Origin: Conidiobolus incongruus B7586
Taxonomy: Eukaryota
Length of the DNA stretch: 64,000 nt
Direction: 5' to 3'
Assembly (NCBI GenBank): GCA_000697335.1
Contig: JNEM01011165.1
Location: 1-64,000 of the forward strand
Shown in pieces: positions 40,707 to 54,110 of the stretch. The translations under genes were made by a program, and so were the position numbers. A model generated the notes under the pieces. That model was not told where the DNA came from and made no database searches. It was given only the letters and a program-made list of their open reading frames with translations. Each line of letters starts with the position of its first letter. Within the stretch, counting starts at the first letter, position 1.

Positions 40707-43700
40707 TGATTAAAGTTATAGTCAAAATTACAATATATCACATATTTTAACATTTAAACAGATTTTCAAATTAATTATAAAGCTCTGCTACTTTGTAATA
40801 TTTATTATTATATTTATTCAAAGTTGATTAAATTTTATAATTTTTGTTCAAATCCTATAAGGAGTCCAAAAATTATAAAAGGGTGAACTCTAACACCAAT
40901 CTTGGAAGTTTTATATAATAGGCAATTATATAATAAAAGATTATGTTTCTAGCAGAATTGATGCCTTAATAAATCCTTATATGGCATTGAGAACACTTAA
41001 AAGCCTTGTTTAATGAGAGTTATAAAAAATATTCATAACTACCATAGATTCAATTTTTATGATATTTATCATCAATAATTACCTTATAACAAATTCTCGA
41101 TCATTTAGTTTAATATCTTTTATAAATTTTTTATTTTGACAATTTTTACTAGTTTTTCTTTTACCAGCTTTTAAATCTCAAATTAATCAAGCAAGATTAT
41201 ATTAATATTATTTAATTAACTTGGTTTTTATATGTCTTATTTACAAGGCCATTTTAATCTGCTTATTAATATTATTAATATATTTTTTTAATCTTACGGC
41301 ATTTTTTTCATTGATTTCTTATTGTCTATACAATTTCTAAATTATAAATGAAATAATGAAATCTATAACCTCTTTTAATATTTTTTACTTTTTTTAATAC
41401 ATAGAATCATAAAAAGCAAATTCTTAACTATTTTATATATAAGTATTAAGGGGTTAAAATTTATTTTTAGATTATATTGTAATTTATATTTAAGTTTCCA
41501 TTTTCAGTATATGTGATATAAAGATATAAACATGAAATTCACATTGCTTAATTATGTAAATAAAATGATTAAAATTAGAATTTATAACAATGATTTAACT
41601 AGTCAAATTATGTTAATATAAAAATAAGCAAAATAAAAAATATATACCTTATTCGAAAATATAAAGTGAATAATGTTTAATACTAGTTTTTTGACTTATA
41701 ATTCCAAGTTTGGATTTTATTATTTAGGAAATCAATAATATAATGTAGGTTGATAAATATTGTATAAAAAAGGAGTCATAATAATTTTGATATCAAATAA
41801 ATATTCTGATATTAATAAGGAAATTTCTTATTAAAATTAATGAAAAATATTATTTATTAAATCAAAAAAATATTGAATTAAATTATAATATATATTAAGA
41901 TATTTATTTATAATTAGTAAATATTTTCAATATCAAATATGATTTAAATTCTATAATTATGAATAATTTTTATTATTTTGTTTATTATCAACAATTTTAA
42001 ATACTTATTTAGTTTTTAAATTAATTTGAATTTAATCATCTTATTTTTAATTTTTTTTCAATATAAGATATATTGATTTTTTAATATTAATATATATTTT
42101 CAATTGTATTCAGTATTTTTAAATTTTTTTATCAGTATTAATATATTTATAAATTTCGAAAAGTTAAACTTAATAATTATTCTTCTAAGTTTTTTTCTCC
42201 TAAATTATAATTTTTTTTCAATTAAAATAATTTTGTATATTTTGTAACAAAGGAATTAAATCTATTTAACTGCCATTTTATAATGTTTTATAATAATTTT
42301 TTTTAAAAAAATACTAATGATATAATTTAATAAATTATTTATTTTTCTTGAATATTTTAATTATTATTCTTAAAATTTAATATTAAAATATTATAATAAA
42401 ATATTTAGAAAAAAATTTTATTTTTGTCATTTTTGGGGTTAAATAATTCATTTAATAAATAATATAGGATTTTGTTTAATTATAATAAAAATATCTATAG
42501 AGAAATATTTGATTAAAAATTATCATAAATATTGAAATTAAGATATATTAATTGCATAATTATTGAATTAAAACAGATAGGTATTATTGAGATATAATAA
42601 CTTATTAGTTTTATTATAAAATATAATATTATATCCATCTTTTTAAAAATATATTCAAGTAATTCAAAGTTATTATAACTGAGTTTATTAATAATAATAA
42701 TAGCTTCATATATAGTCTTTTTATATATCGATTTTAATTATTTTTAAAAACCATGATAATTGTAATTATTTCCTGATTTGATATTATAAATAATTTTTAA
42801 AAAAAAAACATTCTTAATTTATTGGGCTTATTATTCAAGATAATGCTTTTGGTGATTTAAAAAGAATTTTATATAGTAATATATTTTAGATTAAATATTA
42901 CTTTAAATAATTTATTCAATATTAAACACTGAGAAAACTTGAATTTATATAGGTTTTATATAAATCTTATTTTTATGGCTATGAATGAATATATAAAATT
43001 ACTTGATAAAGTTCCTAATCATTTATATATATCAGTGATAAGAATATGATCAGAATTTTATTTTATTCAAGGAATTTATAATATAAGTAATATTATATTA
43101 TATAATAATATCCAAGTATTTATTTTACGAATGGTAGTTTATATGGGCTTTAATTAAAAAATTATTTGTTATACTCAAAGCCAGCAAAAATTCCAGGAAG
43201 AGTTTATATGGTTTTATTAGATTATATATAGTCTAAAGGTTATGTAATGAATGTTGTTGGTAAATTCAATATATTGTACGGGAAAACACATTAACGATGA
43301 CGTAATCAAGTTAATATATCAATAAGTTTATTTAGGCTTTGAATTTAATTGTTAAAACAAATATATTAGTTAATATAGTAGATGATATCAATATGTAATA
43401 TATTATTGATAGAGATAATCTGAAATTTTAGGAAAAAGTAGTAATTAACAATAATCAGAAAAGAAGAGTAAGATATTAAGAGGAAAAGAGAAGAGCTGAT
43501 TTGATTAGATTAATCAAGGGTATTTATACTATTAAATTGATTTTAAACAGGATTTTGAGTATAAATTATTTAATTAATCAAATGTTAATTTAAACATGGG
43601 ACTATATAAAAGAAATTCAAGGACTAGTGTCTTAACAGGTTATTAGTAATATAATATTTTAATCCAATTTATAAAATTTAAATTGAAATCAAATTAATTG

Positions 43701-44864
43701 ATTAAAAATAAAAAGAAATAAACCATTTATTAAATTCAAATATTCAAAATCAAAAATTTAAATAAAATTAATAATTTATATTATTATATTTATTCAAAAT
43801 AGAAATTACTGAAATAAACAAAGTTAATTTATTATTATCAATTTTAAATGATTCAATTAGATTGATCTATTAACCATTCAATTTAAAATCTTCCCAAAAC
43901 TTATTAGTAAACACTGATGATTATATATATAATTGTATTATTTGATTATTTGATTATTTTGATGTTTATTTGGTATTAGAATTTATAACAACTGAATAAA
44001 ATTTTGGCTGAATATCAATCGAAATCACAATATTGATTTTTATATACTTTATTAATAATAGAAATAACAAATATTATTGAAGTTATTGATTAATATATTT
44101 TATGAATTTTTATAATAAAAATAAAAATAATTTTTATTTGGTTAATAATTATATTATATTAATAAAAAGATTGTAAATTTAATAATAATAGACTGAAATT
44201 GGATTTATATTTAATTAGTTAAAAAACATTTAAATTTTAAGTCCCAATCTGTGGCGTTTTATATTTAAAGGGTAATATTAATAAAAACTTACCCTAATTG
44301 AAATTAAATTGAATTTAATTTGTCATTTCAATTTTATTAAATTAATAATAAACTAAACCATTTACATTTAGAATAAAAAATGGATGGTAAACTTTGTTAA
44401 TAATTTTAATATTACATCTTATTCACTTATGAATAACTTTATGATAATATATATATATTTGAAATATAATGAGGAAACTAAAAATTACTGATTCTAGTCC
44501 AAATTATTCAATAAAACTTATGAAGTTAGTTGAAATATAATTTTATAATATTTATCAAATTTTTATTATTTAGTCATTATTATCAACATAAATATATGAC
44601 TTATATGAATTATTTTATATTTTTAAACTGGGTAATTTAATCGTATTATATCATATATAATTACTCCATTTTGTAAACCATATCAAAGAAATAGATTTCT
44701 AAATAGTAAATCATTGTTATGAGAATTAAACTTTACAATTAGTATTCATGGTTAACCCAACATAAATATATAGTAAACAAATCAATATAATGCAAATTTA
44801 TAACTCATTATATTCAATTCTAAAAAATTAATTAATTACATCAATCCAATATCGTTGAAAAAGG

Positions 44865-45135
44865 TTAAAATCTTCGATAACCACCTCCTCTAAAATAAGC
44901 ACGATGATGACGACTTCCAAACTGAGAACCAACAGACTGGGTATCTGCAACATGCTCAGCACCCAAATCGGTTAAAATTGGTTGATCAGTAATTGCCATG
45001 AAACTGTTAGTTTCGACTGGAGGCGCCAAACAAAAAGGTAACAAACTCAGAATATTTAACAGCTTCTTAGCTAAATTATATAAACAATAATGTTTTGAAT
45101 ACTTAGGTTATAATTTTCATTACATTGGTTTTCAT
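44865..45135 (-). CDS. Small secreted prepro-peptide with a cationic Arg/Gly/aromatic C-terminus; absent from the ORF track
   Basis: Open frame KLLNILSLLPFCLA/PPVETNSFMAITDQPILTDLGAEHVADTQSVGSQFGSRHHRAYFRGGGYRRF*. Start MKTN at 45135 joins via a GTAATG..AG intron, but this needs the second of two nearby AGs. TATAAATA lies at 45214-45221. Confidence 0.6.
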
Positions 45136-45664
45136 ACTGGTTTGGATATTCTCAATTTTGTGGATTAATAATAGTTATCAAATTAATGAAAGTTTTAGCT
45201 TCAATAAACTACATATTTATATAAGATATCAATTTAATTAATACTTCACAATATTATGCAAATTAAAATATATAATTTTTCTTTAATTTTTTTTTCTAAA
45301 ATTTTAAAATATTCATGTATTATAGTCAAATTGAAAAAATAGCTTTTTTTTAAAAATGATTTTATTAGGAACTATTGAATTAATGTTCTATAATATTAAA
45401 TACATTTTATTAGTATGAAAATCAGTTTAGTAATTTAATAATACAGACTTTTTTACTAGGATATATAATTTAATAATCTTATGTTAAAATACAAAAAAAT
45501 TGATAGAATAAGAGGAATAAAAGAAAATATTTTCTTTATCATATTCAAATAAATATTTTTTTTATTAAAATTTTTCAATAAATAATAGAAGCAGTCAGAA
45601 TTTGATATTAATATAAATAATATTCAATAATCCAACAGTATTCCATTATATCGTTACTACAAAA

Positions 45665-45991
45665 CTATGAGCAATACACATCGATCACTTGATTATTATC
45701 ACTAGGATCAAAAACCACGTTGAGTCGATCTGGAACAGGATAAGCTTGGCCTACATCTTCAACCTTGACGACGAGACGATTTGATGGTAAATCCCTTACG
45801 CAAGCACTGGTACCAAATCCAGAAAAGCATTTCGTCTCCGGATTGAATTTACTACCTTTGAGATGATTCCAAGCTGCTACATTACATTCACCACCATTAC
45901 TTGAAGGATGTTCAGGAATTGTTGCTCCAACTGAGTATAATAAACCCAAGCTTATAAAACAAGTGAATAATTTATAATTTACTATATTCAT
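45665..45991 (-). CDS. Secreted Cys-containing protein, peptidase-inhibitor I78/potato-I-like, copy 1
   Basis: Signal peptide, four mature-region Cys, and DLP..R.V..PDRLNVVFD..VIDVYC resembling the I78/I13 C-terminal motif. A TATA-like element overlapping the upstream ATG (46039) favours the start at 45991. Confidence 0.65.
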   Translation of the reverse strand: MNIVNYKLFTCFISLGLLYSVGATIPEHPSSNGGECNVAAWNHLKGSKFNPETKCFSGFGTSACVRDLPSNRLVVKVEDVGQAYPVPDRLNVVFDPSDNNQVIDVYCS

Positions 45992-47445
45992 TCCAAAATT
46001 CAAAAATGAAAAGTAATAAATTAACAAATTTATTGCCATTTATATGATTTTCTTAAATTTTATATTTAGCTAAATAGCCTCAAGTGAATTAAAATTCATA
46101 GTGAAACTTGAGATAATTTTATATAGTTTCAAAGAAATATTGGCTAAATTTTCAATGTTTCATTCAAAATAATTTTAATTTCGCCAAAAAATAAATTTTA
46201 TATTAAAAATTTATTTTAATTATTATAAATTAGAATTTATATTAATTTAAAAATATTTATATTATATTCTGTGTTAACTATCAAATAAATATTTTAATAA
46301 ACTTAATGTAAGAAATCATAATTCAATATAATTTATATTAATTTTTATTTTTAATTATAATAATAATTTTTCAATTAATCTTTCAAGCGCATATATAAAA
46401 TACTTAACTAATCCAGTAATTTAACTAAATTGTTTTATTTCAAACAATGAAATTGATCCAATACCTTTCAGATTAATTCAGAATATACTGATTCAGATTC
46501 AAACGCCACTATTTTATTAAATTTGAAATTGACACTAAAATACAATATATAAACTGCATATTTGGTGAATATTAATTCAGTAACTAATTATTTATGAAAT
46601 TATTAATATTAATATATTGCTTTTAAGTAATATTGAATTTATATAGTTATATTATATAATTCATTTTTTGGTTTGAGTGTTCAAGAGCAATTATCAATTT
46701 TTTGTTTTTATATCCTATAGAATTCGTTAAATTAATAATTTAATTATATTTACAATTTTTATTTCTATAGTTAATGAATGATTCCAAAATTTTTTTTACA
46801 TAATTCATTTTAATTTCTCAAACATTATTATGTTATGGTGAGATAAGTCTGAAGTTATAATGGCCACTGGGAATTAAAGATTTGATAGAAAATTTAATAT
46901 TTTAATTTTAATCAATTTATCAGTAAGTTTTTTAATACAAAATAATTGAACAATTAATAATTATAATTGATTGATTTCACAAATCAAAATATCATTATAT
47001 AATTTTATTTCAATATGTCTTAAAACGCTCAAAATGATAAAAATATTATTTGATTTACTTACCATTTTCAACTTAATTTTTTATTCTTTCAAAATTCTAA
47101 ATTAATAAAATCATAATCCTAGTGAATAAAATGATTAACTAAAATGAATGTTATAATATATTACAGTGAGTTAAATTAGTTTTTGAAATTTTTATAATAT
47201 TTATAATGATTGTAATTAAATCTTGATATTTTTCAAATGACTAAGCGAATTTAATGAATACTATACTAATGCATAAATGCTGTTGAAAGTGTACAAAAAG
47301 ATAATATATAATAACTTTAATATTCAGATGAATAAGGAATATTTTTACTATCAAGTATGATGAAAATTTCGAAATCAAAGTAAATATGATTTATTAATAA
47401 ACTTATAATATTTAACCAATGTTTAAATAAATAAAGGAATATCAA

Positions 47446-47751
47446 TTAAGAACAACTCACATCCATCACAATATTATTATCGCTAGGGTTATAAATTACA
47501 TTCAAACGACCAGCTACTGGATAAATTTGGCCTACATCTTCCAGCTTAACAACAATACGATTTTCTGGTAAATCGCTCACACAGATTCCATTTTCAATCC
47601 CTGCGAAGCACTTCGTCTCGAGATTGAAATGAGTTCCTTTAAGGTACGCCCAATCCGATGCATTGCATACAGGATCTAAATCGGGATTGGGAACCAGTGC
47701 AAGCGAGTATAATAACCCAATATTCAAAGAGAAAAATAGACAATGTAACAT
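47446..47751 (-). CDS. Secreted I78-like inhibitor, copy 2
   Basis: Clear paralog of 45665-45991 (CN...W..LKG..FN.ETKCF.G, DLP.NR.VVK.EDVGQ.YPV..RLNV). TATAAAA about 55 nt upstream. Confidence 0.65.
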   Translation of the reverse strand: MLHCLFFSLNIGLLYSLALVPNPDLDPVCNASDWAYLKGTHFNLETKCFAGIENGICVSDLPENRIVVKLEDVGQIYPVAGRLNVIYNPSDNNIVMDVSCS

Positions 47752-48311
47752 AATAATCCAAAATTTGAAGTCAATGTGAATTCACCTAATAATTCCTATA
47801 CATTTTATAGCCAATACTAAAACCTTCAAAGCTTCAAAATTACAATATGACTTATTGTTACCATCATTGGATTCAGGGTTCGTGCTCACTTCTATAACCA
47901 AAATATGAAACTAAATTCTTAAAATTATTTGAATAATTTAAACCCCCAAATTGACTTAAAATGATGAATAATAAATTCATTTTATTTTTTAACCCTAAAT
48001 CATATTCATAATATATTAATAAAATAATATTTTATATAATAAATATTAATTGAATTAATATTAACTAAATTTTTTTCATTTAATGAAAATAATCAAATAA
48101 GTTTTAACAATGAAATTTGAAAAAAAAATAAAAAAGGTAAAAATATTAAAATTTAAAAGAGTTAATAGATTAATAATTTGGAGAAAAAAAATAAAATATA
48201 ATAGGAAAGTAATATCATGTATCAGAAAAATACTTAATAACAGGATAAATTATTGAAAAATAAATAATATTGAAAAACATGTACTAAGTTTCCAAAAATA
48301 AACCCATTTAA

Positions 48312-48383
48312 TCTTCGATAGTATAGTGGTGAGTATACCCGCCTGTCACGCGGGTGACCTGGGTTCAATTCCCAGTCGGAGAG
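48312..48383 (+). tRNA. tRNA-Asp(GUC), identical to the copy at 29921-29992
   Basis: Same 72-nt sequence followed by TTTTT. Confidence 0.95.
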
Positions 48384-49014
48384 TTTTTCTCAAAAATTTT
48401 CCCTTCAACAATCGTCATAATCTATTTAATTTGTTTTATTTAAATTTTTTTAAATTATATTTAATTTAACCATGTATAAACTAAATATTCCATAAATCAT
48501 ATATTTTTGAAATTAATATTTTATTTTTTCTATAAATAATATTTCACATTTTGAAATATTAGTATTCTATAATATATTAAATAATTTTACTATACTAATT
48601 ATTATTATTATTATTATGAAATATCTGAACATATCTCGTAACATTTGCAATCTAGCTATTGTGAAATAAAGCTTTATTTTTAATAATCATCATTTTATTA
48701 ATACCAAAATACATTTTTATATTTAAATATACAGCTAATAAGCTAATGGTTGGGATTAATTTAATATTTTTAATAATAATAAATCTAATATAATATATTA
48801 ATAAATGAATAGAAATTTTTAATATTTATCACCAATCAAAAAAAATTAATAATCATTTAAATTCATTTACTGTTATAACTTCACATCAATTTATTTGATA
48901 TTTTTAATTTTATTTATTTTTCTTGTCCTAAATTTTAAAATTTTAAAATTTGTATATACAATAACTTATTAAGTCTCAAGCTTAAAAATGATTTTTTCAT
49001 TTGCCATATTTATA

Positions 49015-50446
49015 ATGACACAAAAATTGTCATATTTTTAAAGCAAAATTTATGAAGTAATTCACAATAAATTAATAGATATTTATAATGACGATCAACT
49101 GAAAAAAGATCTCTCAACTACTTTGTCAACTATTCTATTTATCACATAAAAGAAACTATGGAAATTCAATCTCAGTCATACTTTCTCAGATAATGTAACT
49201 TTAAAGAAATTGAATTTATAAATGAGAAATATTATATATCGCGTGAGAACAGCGGATTGAATATTAATATCATTATAGCTACTGCCCAAAAATTTATTTC
49301 CAATCCCACTGATGAACCATCAATTAGAAAGGTAATCATTATATTATATAGCTCATTAATAATTATAAGTCAAAGATATTAGTATACCATTTCAAAGAAT
49401 AATACCATTTGTTAATATTATTAAATATATATTTGTTGATAAATTTATCTGTATGCTATTTTTGACCAGAGAAATTGAAGGCTGTCATACAGATCAACAA
49501 AAAATAGTTAGACACAAAAAGTAACTTATATTTTTGAAGCAGAATATACATTAAGTGTCCTACAGCATTTTTTAAAAAAATTTCTCATTATTATAATTAT
49601 GATTAATTTATAATTTAATGTTTTATCTATTATAAGATAAATCTCAAAATGAAATTCGCAAAAACCACTCAAGGTTCCAGAAATCAGTGGATACAATTCT
49701 TGGTATAACAATATTGGTGACTACAAATATCAATTTAAATTTAAAAACATTCCAACCTTTGATACTGAATCTGACTTGAAGTCTGAAATTCCCACGCTTA
49801 CTTCAATTGATAATTATAATCATCTGTCTCTTTATTGAGTATTGAACAAGTTGATTCAGTATGTCCGCCTTCATGCCTTGATCAATAGAGTGACAGAAGA
49901 ATACAACAAAAATGATTGACAAGTTTTAAAAAACTGCTAGAAATGCGGAATATAGAAAATAAGAGACAAAGTTCCTAATGCAAATAGGACCTTCCAAAAT
50001 CAACTAAGCGAGAATACAAAATATGTTTTTTAGTTAATAGACCGGGCGAAGGGATAATATAATTCTTAAAAAATCATATATCACCTTGTCATATTGGTGA
50101 AGCTCAAAATTTATTTCACAGCAATTAGCCAAAAAATTATCACAATACTCACTAATCAACAAATTAAGATTAGATATAGAAAACTGAGATATTTTCAATA
50201 TCAGAGTCTTTGAATTCAAGCCTATACACCAAAACATAAATGACATATCATTATAACCCTAAATCATAAAAAATAGAAAATTATCAAAAATATTATGATT
50301 GTGATCAAAAAAATGAAATAGCTAAATCAATAAACATACCTCAAACTTTAAACATTTTTCGAGAAATTGCTAATATACCATCTAATCAGTCACAACCATC
50401 TGAAATTGTGTTGGGAGATGTCGGTCAAAGTCAAATTAGCGAATAG
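49015..50446 (+). pseudogene. Decayed gene converging on the primase-helicase
   Basis: Protein-like blocks in shifting frames with stops, e.g. FYEVIHNKLIDIYNDDQLKKDLSTTLSTILF; IPTFDTESDLKSEIPTL..LNKLIQYVRLHALINRVTEEYNK; IPQTLNIFREIANIPSNQSQPSEIVLGDVGQ. A possible GTAATC donor lies at ~49332. Confidence 0.5.
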
Positions 50447-50738
50447 ATTCGATCTTAATTTTATAATATTCAAACTTCAAAAAAAATGGTCGGAAAAAAA
50501 CGATACTAGTCAAAGAAAACTAAAGAATCCAAAAATTCATTAATTTAAATATTTTTTCAAGAATAATTATGAACCTAATATAAATAAAATGAATAATATT
50601 TAATTTATTAATTGAATTATATATTGTTTAATTTGAAAAATATATAAAATTAATAAAAATTTTGTAGAGAAATTTATAAATGTATTTAGCATTTTTTTTC
50701 AAAAGACAGTGAAAAATGGTTTATTAAATTAATAGGAT

Positions 50739-53700
50739 TTAATTACGTCTTACTCTATATCTTTTTTGATAAGATTCAAGTAAATTAATTCCCAAGTAAA
50801 ATTCTCTGTTTTCAAGTTGTATTCTTTCACCACTTATAATTAATACTCCTTTCTCATCCAATAATCTGTCTTTAAAATTTAATAACGCGTGGTCGACTAA
50901 ATATTTTGGAATTTGTATGTCTCTCAAAAAGAATCTATACGCTCGTTCAAATAAGATACAATCAACATATAAATTGTTGGCAATATATTCATCTGTTTTA
51001 GTGAAGTCAATATTATTGCTCACTTGACAGGTTGATGATAAAAATTGGTTAAAATAATCTTGTGATTTCCAATAAATATCTTCATCTTCGGTCATTGAGC
51101 CTTTCCATGGGATTCGTTGATTATTTTGGTAAAAATTATATGCACCTTTAATCATGAATCTCAAAAATTCTTCTCTAAAAGATGGATCATTCCTTCGATT
51201 GTTAACTCCTACCTCATCAATTCTTCTCAATTTAAGCTCTTTAAAAAACTTAGGTGGATTTTCAGGATCCTTGACAGATACATTTTTGAATGAGCATATT
51301 TTAATACGACTTAACATTGAGGTTTTCATTGGTGAGCGAGGCATTTTGTTTGTTGAACAAATTATAGTATGCGTCGGCGAATAGTATACTTCCTCAGTCT
51401 TTCCAAATGATTTGCGAGCTAGTATTGGATCACCGCTTGTCAACAACTCGATTTTATTCATATCTAATACGTCGCTATGGTTGACTGTGTCAATTATCAC
51501 TATACGTTTTCCTGAAAGTTTGGTTAAATAAGCACTATTACAATTTTCATTAGATTTCCTAGTTTTACAAATCAACTTATTAGTAAGTGTGCATATTAGA
51601 GATGAGTCTTCATCTTGTGCAGTAGGAATTGACCATACATTCCCAGCTGAGCATTCAAACGAATTCGAATTTGAAGGTATATAAATTCCATCATTAGTAT
51701 CCCGATTTTCATCAATCAGAATTTCTAAGCCCGATTGGCTTCTTTTTCGCTTACTGATTATTGAGGAGATGGATTCTCTAAAGATTGAACTTATAATTTG
51801 CAAAAATTCACTTTTTCCATTATCACCACATCCAATGAAGAACATAATAATACCTTGATTGTTTTCACCTGTAATACAATAACCTAAGAAATTTTGTAAA
51901 TCTTCAATTCTGTCTAATATCTTATTAGGAGGTAAATAATCAAATAAGGATGTGAGGTATTCAAAAACTTTTGGGTATGGTCCTATGTCTTGAGCTGGGT
52001 CATACCTTAACGGCCATTCAATCGGGATATAGGAAGTGATCAAATATTCTGGGGATGATTGTATAAATTTGCCCGTCCTCAAACATAAATAACGATTTTT
52101 GAGCACAATAATTCCTTTGGATCGTTCTGAAGTAAAAAGAGTTGAATCAGCTAGAAAATTTTCTAATTGTACAGAATTTTCAATATTAGTACAATCTTCT
52201 AAATGAATCGCGAATTTCCTTAAGGCTCTGATCACTTTAGGAGCACATTCAGGCCTTTTTTCAAGCTTATTACAACACTGTTCAAAATCATATGCAATTT
52301 TATCGACATAATTAGTTAAAAGTTTAGACAATCGATTCATTGCATCAGGTATGCGTTTGAAGGTTCCGTTATGCCATCCATAAATTTTGCTATCAAATGA
52401 GTAAATCTTTGGAATGAGAGAAGCTTGCCCAACTAGTCTTTCAATTAACCAAGAGGTGGCGGCTTTAGGCCTTTTAGTAACGAATGCGTGATATAAAACA
52501 TGAATTGGAATTCTATATATACTTTCATCAAAATTATAATTAAAACCATAGTACTTGATATCAACACCCGGGTGATTTTCACAATCTGGATTCATACAAT
52601 GATGTGTTAATTTTCCAAAACCTGGAAGATAATCAATTCGATTTTCATTGGTTTCCGTAATTTTATGACCAACAACTTGAAGCCAATTCGGTAAGCCTTT
52701 CCATAAGATATAACTGTTATTACTATGATGAGTTTTACCACATGGATAATACGATCCTGGTTTAAAATTGAATAACCAATTAGACGGATATTTTTCATTA
52801 GGTTTCTTAAAGCTATTCAATTCGAGTTGCTTTTCCTTCATGTAGCAATAAATATCATAAACACGGGGACAGAAAGGCCAAATTTTGATAATTTCCATTT
52901 CTTCAGAAGGAGTTAATGGAGTATAATTATCTAATTCTCGACTTTTAGCATTTGTAACTAAAGATATATTCGAAATACTATCATTTGGTGGGATCATTGA
53001 ATCAATCAAAGTTGACTAAAATATTTAAAATATTAATAAATATGTACAAAATATGTTTAGAAAAAACCACAAAAGACGGTAAAAAATTATAGTTATATGA
53101 TCAAATTATGTTATAAAAATTACCTGAATGTTAGTATTCTTTATAAAATTGGAACGAGGGCCACTTGGACGATATTTTTCAAAATTAGGGATATTCGACA
53201 GACATTCGTCTAGTGTAAAAGAATCGATCATGTGAACTTTAGCATTATCATGATCCTTTCGATGATAAAGAGGAAAATGTTCGATAAAAGTATTGATATT
53301 GAATAAATCTCTTGATGAAGATTGAGGTTTGAAATAATCCATGCCACCTTCCTTTTTAACCGCATAAAGTAATCTGAAAGAGCTGTTGTTGCTATATACT
53401 TCTTTATTAGGTTGTACTGGATTGAGTTGACTCAAAGTCTGTTGTGAAATTGATTCTCGATCTTGGAAGATAAACTTCATCAAATTTTGATGGAAAATTT
53501 TTTCAACACTAATATTCTTGAACAAAACAACATTTGGAATATTGACGGAGTCATTCATAATGCTTCGAATAATAATATGATATGAATATTTATACTCATC
53601 ATTCACTTTACGGTGATTAGTGGAAATTGATAAATGATCTTTTGTTAAGGGAGATCCATTTAACAATGAATTAAAGCAGAGATTAAAAAATTGACAATAT

Positions 53701-54110
53701 TTAGAGGTAACATATTCCATTAATTGATCCGATGATATTTGAGTAGTTGATATATTAGTATTTCTATAGCGATTATGTTCATTGATATAGAATTCCAAAT
53801 CCATCCAACCAAACTTAGGATCATTCTCGGTTACAACTAGAAAATAATCACGTTCCTTTATACTGGAATCCTTTAAAATATTGAATATTTGTTGAATTGA
53901 CTTACAAACACCGAATTGGTTACCACCTTTTTTAATTAAAAAAGACCCTGGTGACGAATCCGACAGTTTCTTCAGAGCTGTTACTAGTGGATTAATGACA
54001 GGATTTCTTTTATTGCGAGGAATATCAGAGCGATATGAATAAAAATCAATATTGTGAATGGTATGAGTTTGTAATTGCGATTTGTCTAATTGAGAATGAA
54101 TTTCAGACAT
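50739..54110 (-). CDS. Virus-type primase-helicase (AEP/PrimPol domain + Zn finger + D5_N + SF3 helicase), ~1087 aa; exons 54110-53124 and 53015-50739
   Basis: AEP motifs WMDLEF (DxE), KYSYH (SxH) and VYSNNSSFRLLYAVK; Zn finger CGKTH..CMNPDC; D5_N-like KNRYLCLRTGKF..SPEYLITSYIPIEW; LQNFLGYCITGEN; Walker A GCGDNGKS; LTSGDPILARK; motif C STNKMP. A phase-0 CAG/GTAATT..TTTAG/TCA intron (53016-53123) joins the two ORFs in frame. Confidence 0.9.

Noticed and set aside
40840..43650. Patches of slightly higher GC that might be transposase or RT remnants
   Set aside because: The frames I translated were full of stops and gave no recognisable motif.
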